Source: Candidatus Hydrogenedentota bacterium
Lineage (GTDB): Bacteria; Hydrogenedentota; Hydrogenedentia; Hydrogenedentales; CAITNO01
DNA length: 64,000 nt
Direction of reading: 5' to 3'
Assembly: GCA_019455225.1 (NCBI GenBank)
Contig: JACFMU010000010.1
Location: 975 to 64,974 of the forward strand
The notes beneath the pieces are model-generated. The model saw only the letters and a program-made list of their open reading frames with translations. It was not told the DNA's origin and did not search any database. The first letter of the stretch is position 1; each line of letters starts with the position of its first letter. Of this stretch, positions 18,921 through 28,134 are shown piece by piece. The translations under genes were made by a program, and so were the position numbers.

Positions 18921-20441
18921 TCACCCGTACCAGGGACGTTTGCGGTCTTTGAGGTTGGCCAGCACGTCGAGGGCGGTGTTGACGTTGTTGACCACCTGGA
19001 AATCAAACATGCCCACGCAGAGGAAGTCGGCGCCGTGCTGGAGCGCCCAGTTGAACCCGTCCCGGGGGTCAATGGCGCCCGCCGCGAGGACCTTGAACCC
19101 CATGACGGGGATTTTGGCGCGCTCGACAAAGGCCACGTCCTTTTCGGGGAAGGCGCAGAACATGTTGTCGTGGTACTTGTTGTGGTCGGGGGAGTTTCCA
19201 CCCATCACCTCGTAGGAGGTCCGGTTTTCTACGGGATGGGCCGACCAGTACCGGTCATGGTGCAGGGTCTTCATGTAGTAGTCCGGAACCAGGCCCTGCT
19301 CCTCGCAGCGTATGAGGCCCTCGACGGAGTGCGCGCCCAGGCCGGCCACATAGCCCTGGCCGCGTATCTTGTCCATCATCTTCGCGATCACATCAAGCTG
19401 GTTGTCCCGGGACAGCACGTCCACCCAGTTCCCCTGAATCTGGAGGATGTCCGCCCCACAGTCCATGGCGGCGTTAATCTCGCGGAAGTAGTCGTTCTTC
19501 TCCATGTCGGGGGCCACCTGGGAAATGACCGTCATCTTGCTTCCCGTGGTCTTCTTGTACTTCTGGAGCACGGGGTTGGAGGGCCACCCGATGTTGATGG
19601 TGTTGATGCCCGCCTGCTCCGCCAGCATCAGGGTCTCAAAGATTTTCTTTTCCGTGTTGTACGCCAGGGAGAGGGCGGGCACATAAATCAGGTCGCGCGA
19701 GTGCGCCCAGCCGCCGATCAGGTTGCCCCCCATGACCAGCCGGCTGATCTCGAAATTGCCGATTTTCCCCTTTGGCAGGGTTCCGGCCAGGCTGCCGATG
19801 GACGGCACCTCCAGTTTGATGGTCGCCCCGGAGAACCCGTCCACACCGGTGTCCTGAAGTTCCCGGGACGCGCCGTATCCCATGACGCCGAGCACGGGCA
19901 GCGCGGCGAGGTGCTTCAGCGCCTCGCGGCGCGATTCGCCCGCGGCCTCCCCCGAACCGGCCGCCCGCCGCCGCCTGATGATGCCCGCCAGCCCATGCAG
20001 TCCGTACCCCCGCTCCCCGATGAAAAGGAGCGCCGCCAGCGCCAGGGCCTCGACAACATTCCTGTTCACCAGGTAAAGGGCGCCCTCCGTGCCGTCCGCA
20101 TGAGCGCCGCCAAAGGGGGGGTAGGCGAGGTAGTACAGCGCCAGCAGGGCGATGCCGGATACGGCGGCAAACCGGACCGCGACCCCCGCGAACAGCGCAA
20201 GGCCTATCAGGATTAGGCCGTACATGTTCAGCCGGTCCACCACGGCCAGGACCGCTTCGGTCGAGGCCATCCAGTGATACAGCCCCGACAGGGGCCCCCG
20301 GGCGTTTGCGAGAAAGCCTTTGGCGGTCCAGCCGGCGGATGCCCACTTTGACACCCCCTCGTACAGAAAATGCCAGCCAATGGCGCAGCGCAGGAAGGTT
20401 ACCGCCACTTTTTCCCATCCGGAAGCGTTGTCACGAGTCAT
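18921..20441 (-). CDS. DoxX-family membrane domain fused to uncharacterised ~330-aa soluble (TIM-barrel-like?) domain
   Basis: The N-terminal 170 aa has 4 TM helices (DoxX-like: WEKVAVTFLRCAIGWHFLYEG). The C-terminal domain has no motif I can name with confidence. Confidence 0.5.
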   Translation of the reverse strand: MTRDNASGWEKVAVTFLRCAIGWHFLYEGVSKWASAGWTAKGFLANARGPLSGLYHWMASTEAVLAVVDRLNMYGLILIGLALFAGVAVRFAAVSGIALLALYYLAYPPFGGAHADGTEGALYLVNRNVVEALALAALLFIGERGYGLHGLAGIIRRRRAAGSGEAAGESRREALKHLAALPVLGVMGYGASRELQDTGVDGFSGATIKLEVPSIGSLAGTLPKGKIGNFEISRLVMGGNLIGGWAHSRDLIYVPALSLAYNTEKKIFETLMLAEQAGINTINIGWPSNPVLQKYKKTTGSKMTVISQVAPDMEKNDYFREINAAMDCGADILQIQGNWVDVLSRDNQLDVIAKMMDKIRGQGYVAGLGAHSVEGLIRCEEQGLVPDYYMKTLHHDRYWSAHPVENRTSYEVMGGNSPDHNKYHDNMFCAFPEKDVAFVERAKIPVMGFKVLAAGAIDPRDGFNWALQHGADFLCVGMFDFQVVNNVNTALDVLANLKDRKRPWYG

Positions 20442-20484
20442 GGGGAAGGTCCCGCCTTGTGGCGCGCGCGGCGCCGGTTTTAGT

Positions 20485-22764
20485 TCACTGCACTGGCTCC
20501 GTTGCGGGTTGCTGCGGCACGTTGCCGTCGCATTCCGTCAGCACCCCCCGCCAGAACGCCTGTTCCTCTTCAAGACCGGCGGGCCAGGCCACCGCCAGTT
20601 TCTCCACAGCCGTGTCGGATCGGCCCATCCGAGCCAGCAGCATCATGCGGCGGGGAAGGGTTCCGCCGTCCCCCTCCGCCTCCAGCCACTGGTATTCCGC
20701 GTCCATGTCCGCCAGCACCTCCGTGAAGGGCGGTTTCGGCGACAGGGCGTGCCGGGGCGGCGCGTCCGGCGCCATTTCCGCCGCCATCTGCCAAGGCCAC
20801 AAGGCACTGCTGTGTTTTCCGGCCCGCCATCGGGCATCCCCCAGGGCATGCCAAAGCTCCGGCCAAACGAACGCCTCTATGGACGCATTTGTGCAGGTGT
20901 CCAGCAACTCAAGCGCAGCGGCAAAGTCGCCGCGTCCATAAGCCGCGCGGGCCATGCTAAAAAGGGCCACCGAGCCGGGGATTTCGACCACCCCGGCGCC
21001 GGGCAGCCGCTCCAGCAGAAAGCCGAGGTCCGCCGCCTTCACGGCCTCGCCGTAATAGGGCAGATGTTTAATGGGCTCTCCCACCTCGGACAAAGCGAAC
21101 ATGTCCTTAATTTTCTCGATGGACTGGACGGGGTCCAGGATGCGCGGATGTTCTTTTGCCGCCCCGGTAATGTCCAGAGCCTCCCGGTATTTCACCTCCG
21201 CGCCGTCCCAGTCGCCGCGCAGTTCCGCCGCCATGCCCCCCTCAAGGGCCTTGGCGTAGGCGTCCACCCGGGCGATGGTCCGGTGGTACTGGGTGATGTT
21301 CCAAGCCACAAGCGCCGCGAGCGCCGCCGTCCCCAGCGCGACGCCCCAGGGCCGCCTTTTGGTGTGGCACGGGCGTCCCGCCCGTGAAAAAACATGTCCA
21401 AGATTGGTCTGCGCGGTCTCCGCCTCCTGCGGGGCGCAGGGCGCGGCCAGCATGGCGGCCAGCACGGGAAAGAGGGAGAGCGCCTGGAAGGGCTGGATGG
21501 CCAGCATCCAGAAGAGGACCGCCGCCGTCGCGGCAAGGACCATGCCCAGCCGCCGCCGTTCCGGATCGTCCGAGCGCAGCAGCCCTGTCCAGATGCGGCG
21601 GAAGAGGGCGCCCCAGAACCAGAAGTACCCCGCGAGCCCCAGGATGCCCGTCTCGAAGAGCATCAGGAAGGGCATGCTGTGAATGGCGGTGCCCATCCAC
21701 AGGCGCGGGTCCGCCGCCCGGCCGATGACCTCAGGCGCCGCCCCCAGCCCGCAGCCCAGGAACCAGAACTCCGGCAGGAGTTTCCACGCCAGGCCGAACA
21801 CGTAGAGCCGTGAACGGTACGAGGGGTCGGGGCTGTTGAACCCGCGCAGGGCGCGGAAGACGAGCATCTCCAGATAGCCCCCGGCGTGGAGGAGCGCCAC
21901 CGCGGCCAGCGCAACGGACAGCGCCAGCCCCGCCGTCCGCCACGGGTGGCGCCGCCCCGCCGCGCGGAAACGCCATGCCAGCGCCGCCGCGCCCAGCGCC
22001 GCCACGGCGATGAGTCCGCTCCGCGAGAAAGAGACCAGCACGCCCCCGGCCAGCAGCGCGACCATCAAGACTGGAACGGCAAAGCGCGGAAGGCCGCCCC
22101 CGTCGCCGCGCCGCATGAAGAGCAGCGCCGCGGCGGGCAGGGAGAGCAGCATGGGCAGGATGGCCTGGTTGAAGTCCGGCGTGGCCGCCGCGATGCGGAC
22201 AAAGGCGCCGAAGCGCACGTCCTCCGTGAGGCGCCGCCCGAAATACTCCTGGGTGCCCGCCAGGGCCGGGGTGAGCCATCCCGCCGCGCAGGCCAAGGCC
22301 AGCGCCGCCACCAGCGCGGCGGAGCAGGCGAGGAGCCGCCATGCGGCGGCGTTGTCCTCCGGGCTGCGGAGCAGCGGCAGGGCGGCCAGGAAAAGCGCCA
22401 GATAAAAACCGTACTGTTCGAGCAGTCCCATGGTGGCGTGGATGTCATGGGAATGCACGGCGGACTGGGCGCAGGCGAGGGCCAGCAGCAAAATGGGGCC
22501 GATGAACCCACGAATGGCCAGAAAGTAGTCGCGGCCATATTTCTGAAGCATGGATTCTTGCCGCCATTCGCCCCCGACGGAGAGGATGACCCCCGCCGCC
22601 GCGGCATAGACGGCTGTGCCGACGAAGGGCAGCCGCTGGAAAATTTCCCACGGCCACGCCAGGAGAAACAGGGCCAAACAGAGCCCGCCCACGCCGGGAA
22701 AGAGCGGCGTGTTCAACAGCCGTGCGAGGCGGCCCCCCGCAACCGTGTCACTGTGCGGCGTCAC
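20485..22764 (-). CDS. O-antigen-ligase-like (Wzy_C) polytopic membrane protein with C-terminal TPR region
   Basis: About 12 TM helices with a large periplasmic loop, as in WaaL/O-antigen ligases. C-terminal TPR-like helical repeats. Confidence 0.6.
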   Translation of the reverse strand: MTPHSDTVAGGRLARLLNTPLFPGVGGLCLALFLLAWPWEIFQRLPFVGTAVYAAAAGVILSVGGEWRQESMLQKYGRDYFLAIRGFIGPILLLALACAQSAVHSHDIHATMGLLEQYGFYLALFLAALPLLRSPEDNAAAWRLLACSAALVAALALACAAGWLTPALAGTQEYFGRRLTEDVRFGAFVRIAAATPDFNQAILPMLLSLPAAALLFMRRGDGGGLPRFAVPVLMVALLAGGVLVSFSRSGLIAVAALGAAALAWRFRAAGRRHPWRTAGLALSVALAAVALLHAGGYLEMLVFRALRGFNSPDPSYRSRLYVFGLAWKLLPEFWFLGCGLGAAPEVIGRAADPRLWMGTAIHSMPFLMLFETGILGLAGYFWFWGALFRRIWTGLLRSDDPERRRLGMVLAATAAVLFWMLAIQPFQALSLFPVLAAMLAAPCAPQEAETAQTNLGHVFSRAGRPCHTKRRPWGVALGTAALAALVAWNITQYHRTIARVDAYAKALEGGMAAELRGDWDGAEVKYREALDITGAAKEHPRILDPVQSIEKIKDMFALSEVGEPIKHLPYYGEAVKAADLGFLLERLPGAGVVEIPGSVALFSMARAAYGRGDFAAALELLDTCTNASIEAFVWPELWHALGDARWRAGKHSSALWPWQMAAEMAPDAPPRHALSPKPPFTEVLADMDAEYQWLEAEGDGGTLPRRMMLLARMGRSDTAVEKLAVAWPAGLEEEQAFWRGVLTECDGNVPQQPATEPVQ

Positions 22765-23545
22765 CCGCGCTCTCCCCGGCGGAGGCTATCTCGGCCCGGA
22801 GCAACCGGGCCGCCTCCGCCATTTCCACCCCGTTCCGCGCCGTGTACTCGTCCAGCAGGCGCAGCGCCCCCGCGCTGTCGCCCCGGTTGTGCAGCAGTTT
22901 CGCCGCATGGTACGCGTTTCTGCCGCGCGGCGCCGCCGCATGGCCGCGCCGGTAGGCCGCCAGCGCGTCGTCGGGCCGGTCCAGCGCCTCCAGCGCCTGG
23001 CCCGCATGCCACCAGGCCGACGCCTGGTCGCCCGCGTTGCCCGCCTGTTCCGCCGTTTTCGCCCACGCCTCCGCCGCCTGCACCGTCTCTTCGGGGCGCA
23101 TCGCGGCGCCCAGGGCCTGGCACAGGAAGGCGTGCGCGGGAAGGTAGTCCGGATTCTCCGCCACGCACTCGCGGAGCGCGTCCACGGCCTCCTCCGGGCG
23201 GTTCTCGCGCAACAGCAGCTCGCCCAGCCAGCGCTGCGCCCATTTCCGCTGGTCCCGGCTTTCAAAGGTCATGCCCAGGGCCTTGCGGTAGCCCTCAATC
23301 GCCGCCTCCGCCAGCCCGCCCTGCTCCATCGCCCGCGCGCGGGCCGTCTCGATGTCCCCCAGCCGCCCGCTCATCCGGTCGGCGACGGCGCCGCCGTAAT
23401 TTCCCAGGAGCCACACCGCCGCCGCCAGCGCCACAAAGGCCGCCGCGCCCAGCACCGCCAGCCCGCCCTGCAGCCCGGCAAAGGCCTCCGGCGGGGGGGG
23501 TGCGGCTTCCGTGGATTCCGGCTGTGTCAAAGGCTCACTGCTCAT
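22748..23545 (-). CDS. Membrane-anchored TPR-repeat protein
   Basis: Single TM (LAVLGAAAFVALAAAVWLL) followed by TPR-like repeats. AGGAG RBS before ATG 23545. Confidence 0.6.
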   Translation of the reverse strand: MSSEPLTQPESTEAAPPPPEAFAGLQGGLAVLGAAAFVALAAAVWLLGNYGGAVADRMSGRLGDIETARARAMEQGGLAEAAIEGYRKALGMTFESRDQRKWAQRWLGELLLRENRPEEAVDALRECVAENPDYLPAHAFLCQALGAAMRPEETVQAAEAWAKTAEQAGNAGDQASAWWHAGQALEALDRPDDALAAYRRGHAAAPRGRNAYHAAKLLHNRGDSAGALRLLDEYTARNGVEMAEAARLLRAEIASAGESAGDAAQ

Positions 23546-23694
23546 GAAATACTCCTGGGACGGCGGGACATGTTTCGCCACCGTGGAAATCCTACACCAT
23601 CGGCCGCGCCGGGGCAACGCCGGGCATAAGGTGTGGACAGGATGGACGAGATGGACGGAGTGCTGCCTGCGGTGGCATCCCTGCCGGGGCTGCG

Positions 23695-24105
23695 CTATTT
23701 GTCCTCTTCCGGGGGGGAGGCTCCCTCCTCCACCGGGGGCAGCAGGTCTTTCAGTCCGGCGAAGGCCTGAAACCCCAAGGGCGGCGGCGCCGCCTCGAAC
23801 GCCGAGCCGCCGTAATACCCCCGCTGCTCCGCCGTGCCGTGCTCGGCGTCGTGGCAGTACAGGCAGAGCAGTTCCCAGTTGCTCCCGTCGGGCGGGTTGT
23901 TCATGTGGTCCCCGTCCTTGTGGTGTACGGTGAGTTCACGCAGGTTTTTCCCGGCGAACTCGCGTCCGCAGCGGCCGCAGATATGCGGGAACAGCTTCAT
24001 CGCCCGCTCGCGGTATCCCTGGTCACGGCTTTCCTGGTCGCGGCGGACACTGGCCAGCAGACGCGCCATGCGCTCCGGGTCGGGCTTGATGTTTCTCGGC
24101 GGCAT
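23695..24105 (-). CDS. yajD: YajD-like HNH nuclease family protein
   Basis: GYRERAMKLFPHICGRCGREFAGKNLRELTVHHKDGDHMNNPPDGSNWELLCLYCHDAEH matches E. coli YajD almost motif-for-motif. The longer track ORF merely reads through the upstream REP pair. Confidence 0.75.
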   Translation of the reverse strand: MPPRNIKPDPERMARLLASVRRDQESRDQGYRERAMKLFPHICGRCGREFAGKNLRELTVHHKDGDHMNNPPDGSNWELLCLYCHDAEHGTAEQRGYYGGSAFEAAPPPLGFQAFAGLKDLLPPVEEGASPPEEDK

Positions 24106-24216
24106 CGCTCTTGCGCGGCTCCTCTGGTTTGGGCCAATGCGCATAGCGTAGTGCATCAGGCGCGCCCGCGCAAAATTCAGGGATGGGAGGATGCACATTC
24201 GGGGACAGGCCTGCCT

Positions 24217-24276
24217 GGGAACGCCAATCTCCCGATTGGCCCGCCATAAGATGCCAATCAGGAGATTGGCGTTCCC
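24217..24276. repeat. REPIN-like inverted pair of the 24-27-bp REP unit (GGGAACGCCAATCTCCCGATTGGC ... GCCAATCAGGAGATTGGCGTTCCC)
   Basis: Two units in inverted orientation separated by 12 bp. Each unit contains a 7-bp stem hairpin, GCCAATC / GATTGGC. Confidence 0.9.
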
Positions 24277-24382
24277 GGGAGGTGCGCTCCCAGGCGGGCA
24301 CTCCGCGTTGAACGTCGCGTTCACAGGCCCTTATACTCCGGGGAGAGAGGGCTTTGGGCAATTTTACAGGAGGGCGTTTGCC

Positions 24383-26713
24383 ATGGCGGCATCATCCGGT
24401 TCCGCAGTTCCGCCGCACCGGTTCCGGTACCGCGCGCTTGTCGCGCTGGGTCTGGCGTTCGGCATGTTTGTGGCCTGGACCGGCCACCTGGCCCCGCCGC
24501 CGAAGCCCGCCTCGGCGGACGCGGCGCGGTTCTCCGCCGGACGGGCCATGGCCCATGTGCGGGAGATGGCCCGCGCGCCCCATCCGGCGGGCTCTCCGGA
24601 GAATGAACGGGTGCTGGGCTATATTGCGGAACAGCTCAGGGCGCTGGGCGCGGAGCCGCAACTCCAGGAGGTGATGGTGCACCGGGGGCCGGGCCAGGCG
24701 GCGACGGTGCGCAATTTGATGACGCGGCTGACCGGCACGGACAGCGGCGGGGCGGTGGTCCTGCTGGCGCATTATGACAGTGTGGCCTTCGGGCCGGGCG
24801 CGGCGGACGATGTGGCGGGCTGCGCGGCCCTGCTTGAAGCCTTGCGCGCGGTGAAGGCGGGGCCGCCGCCGAAGAACGACCTGATCTTCCTGTTCACCGA
24901 CGGCGAGGAGGGGCGCATCGCCGGGCATGCCGGGCTGCGCGGCGCCTACGGGTTCACCATGCACCACCCTTGGGCCAGGGAGGTGAAGGTGGCGGTGAAC
25001 TTCGACTGCCGGGGCAACCAGGGCCCGTCGTACATGTACGAGTGCAGCGCGCCGAACCGGTGGCTGGTGCGCCAGTTGAACCTTGCGGGCACGCGGCCCG
25101 TGGCCACCTCGGTGATGTTCGAGATTTACCGCCGGATGCCCCTGGCAAGCGACCTGACCGCATTCCTGGACGCGGGCATTCCGGGGATGAACTTCGCCTT
25201 CATCCACCGCCTGGCCCACTACCACACGGCGCTGGACACCCCGGAGAACCTGTCCCTGAAAAGCCTCCAGCACCACGGCGAGAACGCCCTCGGCATGGCG
25301 CGCCGGCTGGGAAATGTTGATTTGGACGGCGCGGGCGGGGGCGCGAACAGCGTCTATTTCTACCTGCCGCTGGCGGGCATGGTCCAGTACGGCCTGGTTT
25401 GGGTGTGGCCCCTGGCGGCGCTGGCGGCGGCACTCTACGCCGCCGTGGTCGTTGCGGGGTTGCGGCGCGGGCGCATGGACCCCGCAGGCATCGTGTACGG
25501 GCTGGGCCTCCACTTCACGGTGTGGCTGGTCTGCGCCCTCATCGGGCTGGCCATCTTCTGGCTCACGTACCAGAAGCGGGACTTCTATTTTGTGTACCCG
25601 TCCCTGGCGCTCACCGTCACGGCCCTGGCGGCCGCCGGGGGGCTCTTCTGCCTCGTCATGGGGCTGGCCCGGAAACGCCTCGGCCTGCTGAACCTCTGCG
25701 CGGCGGCCCTGCTCCCCTGGCTCTTCCTCCTCGCCGTAACCTCCTGGAAGGTGCCCGGCGCGAGCTACCTCTTCCTGATGCCGCTCCTCACCGCCGTGGC
25801 GGGGCTGTGGTGGATGGTGCTGCACCCGGAAGACCCCGAGCATCCCACCCTCTGGGGCGCGGCGATCCTCACCCTGCTGGGCATGCCCGCCCTGTTCTTC
25901 ATCACCGGCACGGCCCAGGGCCTCTACTCCGCCATACTCCTGCTGGGCGTGGCCGGACAGGTCAGCCTATTCCTGCTGCTGCTCGGCGCGGTGCTGCCGC
26001 AACTGGCCTGGATGGCCGGGGGGCACCTGCGCACCCTGTCCCTGGTCTTCCTCGCCGTCGGCGTCGCCGGGCTTTACGCCGCAGGCCCCCCCGACAAGTT
26101 CTCGCCGGAACGGCCCAGGCTCAACTCCCTCACCTACGCCCTGAACGCCGACACGGGCCAGGGCTTCTGGCTGAGCTGCGACGCGGCGCCGGACGAATGG
26201 ACCGCCCAAAAACTCGGCGACGCGCCCCGGCGCGAGGTCATCCACGACCTGCTGCCCCTGGCCACACGCGCGGACTACCTGCGCGCCGCCGCGCCGGAAT
26301 ACCCCCTCGTCCCGCCCTCCCTCGAGGTGCTCGGGGATGCCGTTGAAAACGGCGTCCGCACCCTGAAACTGCGCGTGGACTCGCCGCGCGGCGCGGAGGT
26401 GCTGGAGATGTGCGCCAACCCCGGACTGGAGGTGGTCGCGGCGCGCCTGAACGGCGCCCCCCTGCTGCCCGTCGAGGGCCGCTGGTTCCTGTGTTACAGC
26501 ATCTACCGGGGCGGCGGGCTGGAACTCGAACTCGATGTGGAGGAGGGCCGGACGGTCCAGCTTCAGTTGACCGATTTCAGTTATGGCCTGCCCGAAGAGG
26601 CCGGCGTCGCGCCCCGTCCCCCCCGCATGATCCCCAAGCCCAACACAGTGGACTTCAACCTCGACCCGCTGAAGACGGATGAGACCGTGGTGACCCGGAT
26701 GGTGAGGCTGTAG
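24383..26713 (+). CDS. M28-family Zn-aminopeptidase domain fused to polytopic membrane domain
   Basis: The motif VVLLAHYDSVAFGPGAADDVAG (metal-binding H/D) is typical of M28 peptidases. The C-terminal ~450 aa has at least 9 TM helices. AGGAGG RBS before ATG 24383. Confidence 0.7.
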   Translation: MAASSGSAVPPHRFRYRALVALGLAFGMFVAWTGHLAPPPKPASADAARFSAGRAMAHVREMARAPHPAGSPENERVLGYIAEQLRALGAEPQLQEVMVHRGPGQAATVRNLMTRLTGTDSGGAVVLLAHYDSVAFGPGAADDVAGCAALLEALRAVKAGPPPKNDLIFLFTDGEEGRIAGHAGLRGAYGFTMHHPWAREVKVAVNFDCRGNQGPSYMYECSAPNRWLVRQLNLAGTRPVATSVMFEIYRRMPLASDLTAFLDAGIPGMNFAFIHRLAHYHTALDTPENLSLKSLQHHGENALGMARRLGNVDLDGAGGGANSVYFYLPLAGMVQYGLVWVWPLAALAAALYAAVVVAGLRRGRMDPAGIVYGLGLHFTVWLVCALIGLAIFWLTYQKRDFYFVYPSLALTVTALAAAGGLFCLVMGLARKRLGLLNLCAAALLPWLFLLAVTSWKVPGASYLFLMPLLTAVAGLWWMVLHPEDPEHPTLWGAAILTLLGMPALFFITGTAQGLYSAILLLGVAGQVSLFLLLLGAVLPQLAWMAGGHLRTLSLVFLAVGVAGLYAAGPPDKFSPERPRLNSLTYALNADTGQGFWLSCDAAPDEWTAQKLGDAPRREVIHDLLPLATRADYLRAAAPEYPLVPPSLEVLGDAVENGVRTLKLRVDSPRGAEVLEMCANPGLEVVAARLNGAPLLPVEGRWFLCYSIYRGGGLELELDVEEGRTVQLQLTDFSYGLPEEAGVAPRPPRMIPKPNTVDFNLDPLKTDETVVTRMVRL

Positions 26714-26872
26714 GGCGCAACACCGCAATTCCACGCCTTTACACTGGGACACGAAGGCCATGGCAACTTCTGTTCAGCATAATTTCCATTACACCGGTAG
26801 ATGATGTTACAGTTTGGGGGAAACGTGTGACCAGGCCCCAAACGGCGCAAACGCCAGAACAAGGAGCATGCC

Positions 26873-27916
26873 ATGAAACGCGGAAACGGCTTTACTCTCA
26901 TTGAACTGCTGGTGGTCATTGCCATTATCGGGATTCTTGCGGCCATCCTGCTGCCGGCGCTGGCCCGCGCGCGCGAGGCGGCGCGGCGCTCCAGTTGCCA
27001 GAACAACCTCAAGCAGTGGGGCCTGGTGCTGAAAATGTACGGCAGCGAGGCCAGGGGCGCCTTCCCCCCGATTCAGGCGGTGCGCGACCGGCGTCCCTTT
27101 GGCGGCGCCGTGGAGCTTGGGCTTGCGGCGGGACCCGCGGTCAACACCATCTATCCCGAATACCTTGCGGACCCCAACATTGTCCTGTGCCCCTCGGACC
27201 CGGGCCTGAGCACCCACCGGCAGGACCTGTATTTCCAGCCCGGCAACCCGGAGAACCAGCGGCCGGACACGCCCCGGTTCGCCTATGAGCCGACCCTCAT
27301 CTCCGCCAGCTACATGTATCTGGGGTATGCCTTCGACAACATCGTCCCCGCGGAGCGGTCGAACGCCTTCCTCATCACGCAGGTGTTCACGGCGCTGGGC
27401 GCCACGTTCACCGGCAACCCCTGGATGCCCATCCAGATGGCCGGCGCCCTGGACGGACTGGTGGACCAGGCCGGCGGAATTGGCGCAATCGCCGGACTGG
27501 CCGGCAACCCCTTCGCCCTGGCCGCCGCGCTCGACCGGGACGCGGACATCAGCCGCGGCGGCCGTCCGGGATACGGCAACGGCGGCGGCAACACGGTATA
27601 CCGCCTGCGCGAGGGCATCGAGCGGTTCCTCATCACGGACATCAACAATCCCGGCGCGTCGAATGTGGCGCAGAGTTCCCTGTTCATCATGATGGACACC
27701 ATCTCCTCCGGCACGACCGAGGCCCTGTTCAACCACATCCCCGGCGGCTGCAATGTGCTGTACATGGACGGCCATGTTGAGTTTCTGCGCTACGTCCCGG
27801 TTCCCGGCCTGGAAGGCGCCGGCTCCTCCGCCGAGGCGACCCAGCGTCTGCGCGGCGGGAACTCCCCCGTGCTCGCGACAGTGGCCACGGTGGTCGCCGG
27901 CATCATGGGCGGATGA
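26873..27916 (+). CDS. Prepilin-type N-terminal cleavage/methylation domain + DUF1559 (H-X9-DG) protein
   Basis: N-terminus [31 protein letters not shown]-terminal [11 protein letters not shown] motif. This family is massively expanded in Planctomycetota and Verrucomicrobiota. Confidence 0.85.
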   Translation: MKRGNGFTLIELLVVIAIIGILAAILLPALARAREAARRSSCQNNLKQWGLVLKMYGSEARGAFPPIQAVRDRRPFGGAVELGLAAGPAVNTIYPEYLADPNIVLCPSDPGLSTHRQDLYFQPGNPENQRPDTPRFAYEPTLISASYMYLGYAFDNIVPAERSNAFLITQVFTALGATFTGNPWMPIQMAGALDGLVDQAGGIGAIAGLAGNPFALAAALDRDADISRGGRPGYGNGGGNTVYRLREGIERFLITDINNPGASNVAQSSLFIMMDTISSGTTEALFNHIPGGCNVLYMDGHVEFLRYVPVPGLEGAGSSAEATQRLRGGNSPVLATVATVVAGIMGG

Positions 27917-27944
27917 TAACCGCCTTTCGTCACGGATAGCGCAT

Positions 27945-28037
27945 AACTGGGAACGCCCTTCCTGGGAACGCCCTTTCTGGGAACGCCAATCTCCCGATTG
28001 GCTGTTTTAAGATGCCAATCAGGAGATTGGCGTTCCC
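27945..28037. repeat. REP cluster: two degenerate partial units followed by a full inverted REP pair
   Basis: ctgggaacgccctt, cctgggaacgcccttt, then a full forward unit at 27978, an 11-bp spacer and a reverse unit at 28014. Confidence 0.9.
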
Positions 28038-28134
28038 AGAAGAGTGCCGTTCCTAGGAGAGTGCTGTCCCTCTGGCAATGTCGCCGCCGGGGAGGGTATC
28101 ATGGTTGCCGGCAAAACAAGGGGATCCGGAATCC

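Noticed and set aside
21886-23629. 553-aa and 337-aa plus-strand ORFs overlapping the O-antigen-ligase-like and TPR genes
   Set aside because: Proline/arginine-rich translations typical of GC-rich antisense frames. The minus-strand genes have coherent TM, TPR and RBS features.
23695-24324. 209-aa track ORF suggesting a long N-terminal extension on the YajD-like HNH protein
   Set aside because: The extension is simply translation through the REP pair at 24217-24276. Homology to YajD begins at the internal ATG (24105).
24392-25843. 483-aa minus-strand ORF opposite the M28 peptidase gene; also 58596-59906(+) opposite Gfo/Idh/MocA, 45314-46621(+) opposite recF, 47179-48330(-) opposite the SGNH gene, 50114-51842(-) opposite clpA
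   Set aside because: All are antisense to genes with canonical motifs and have low-complexity composition.
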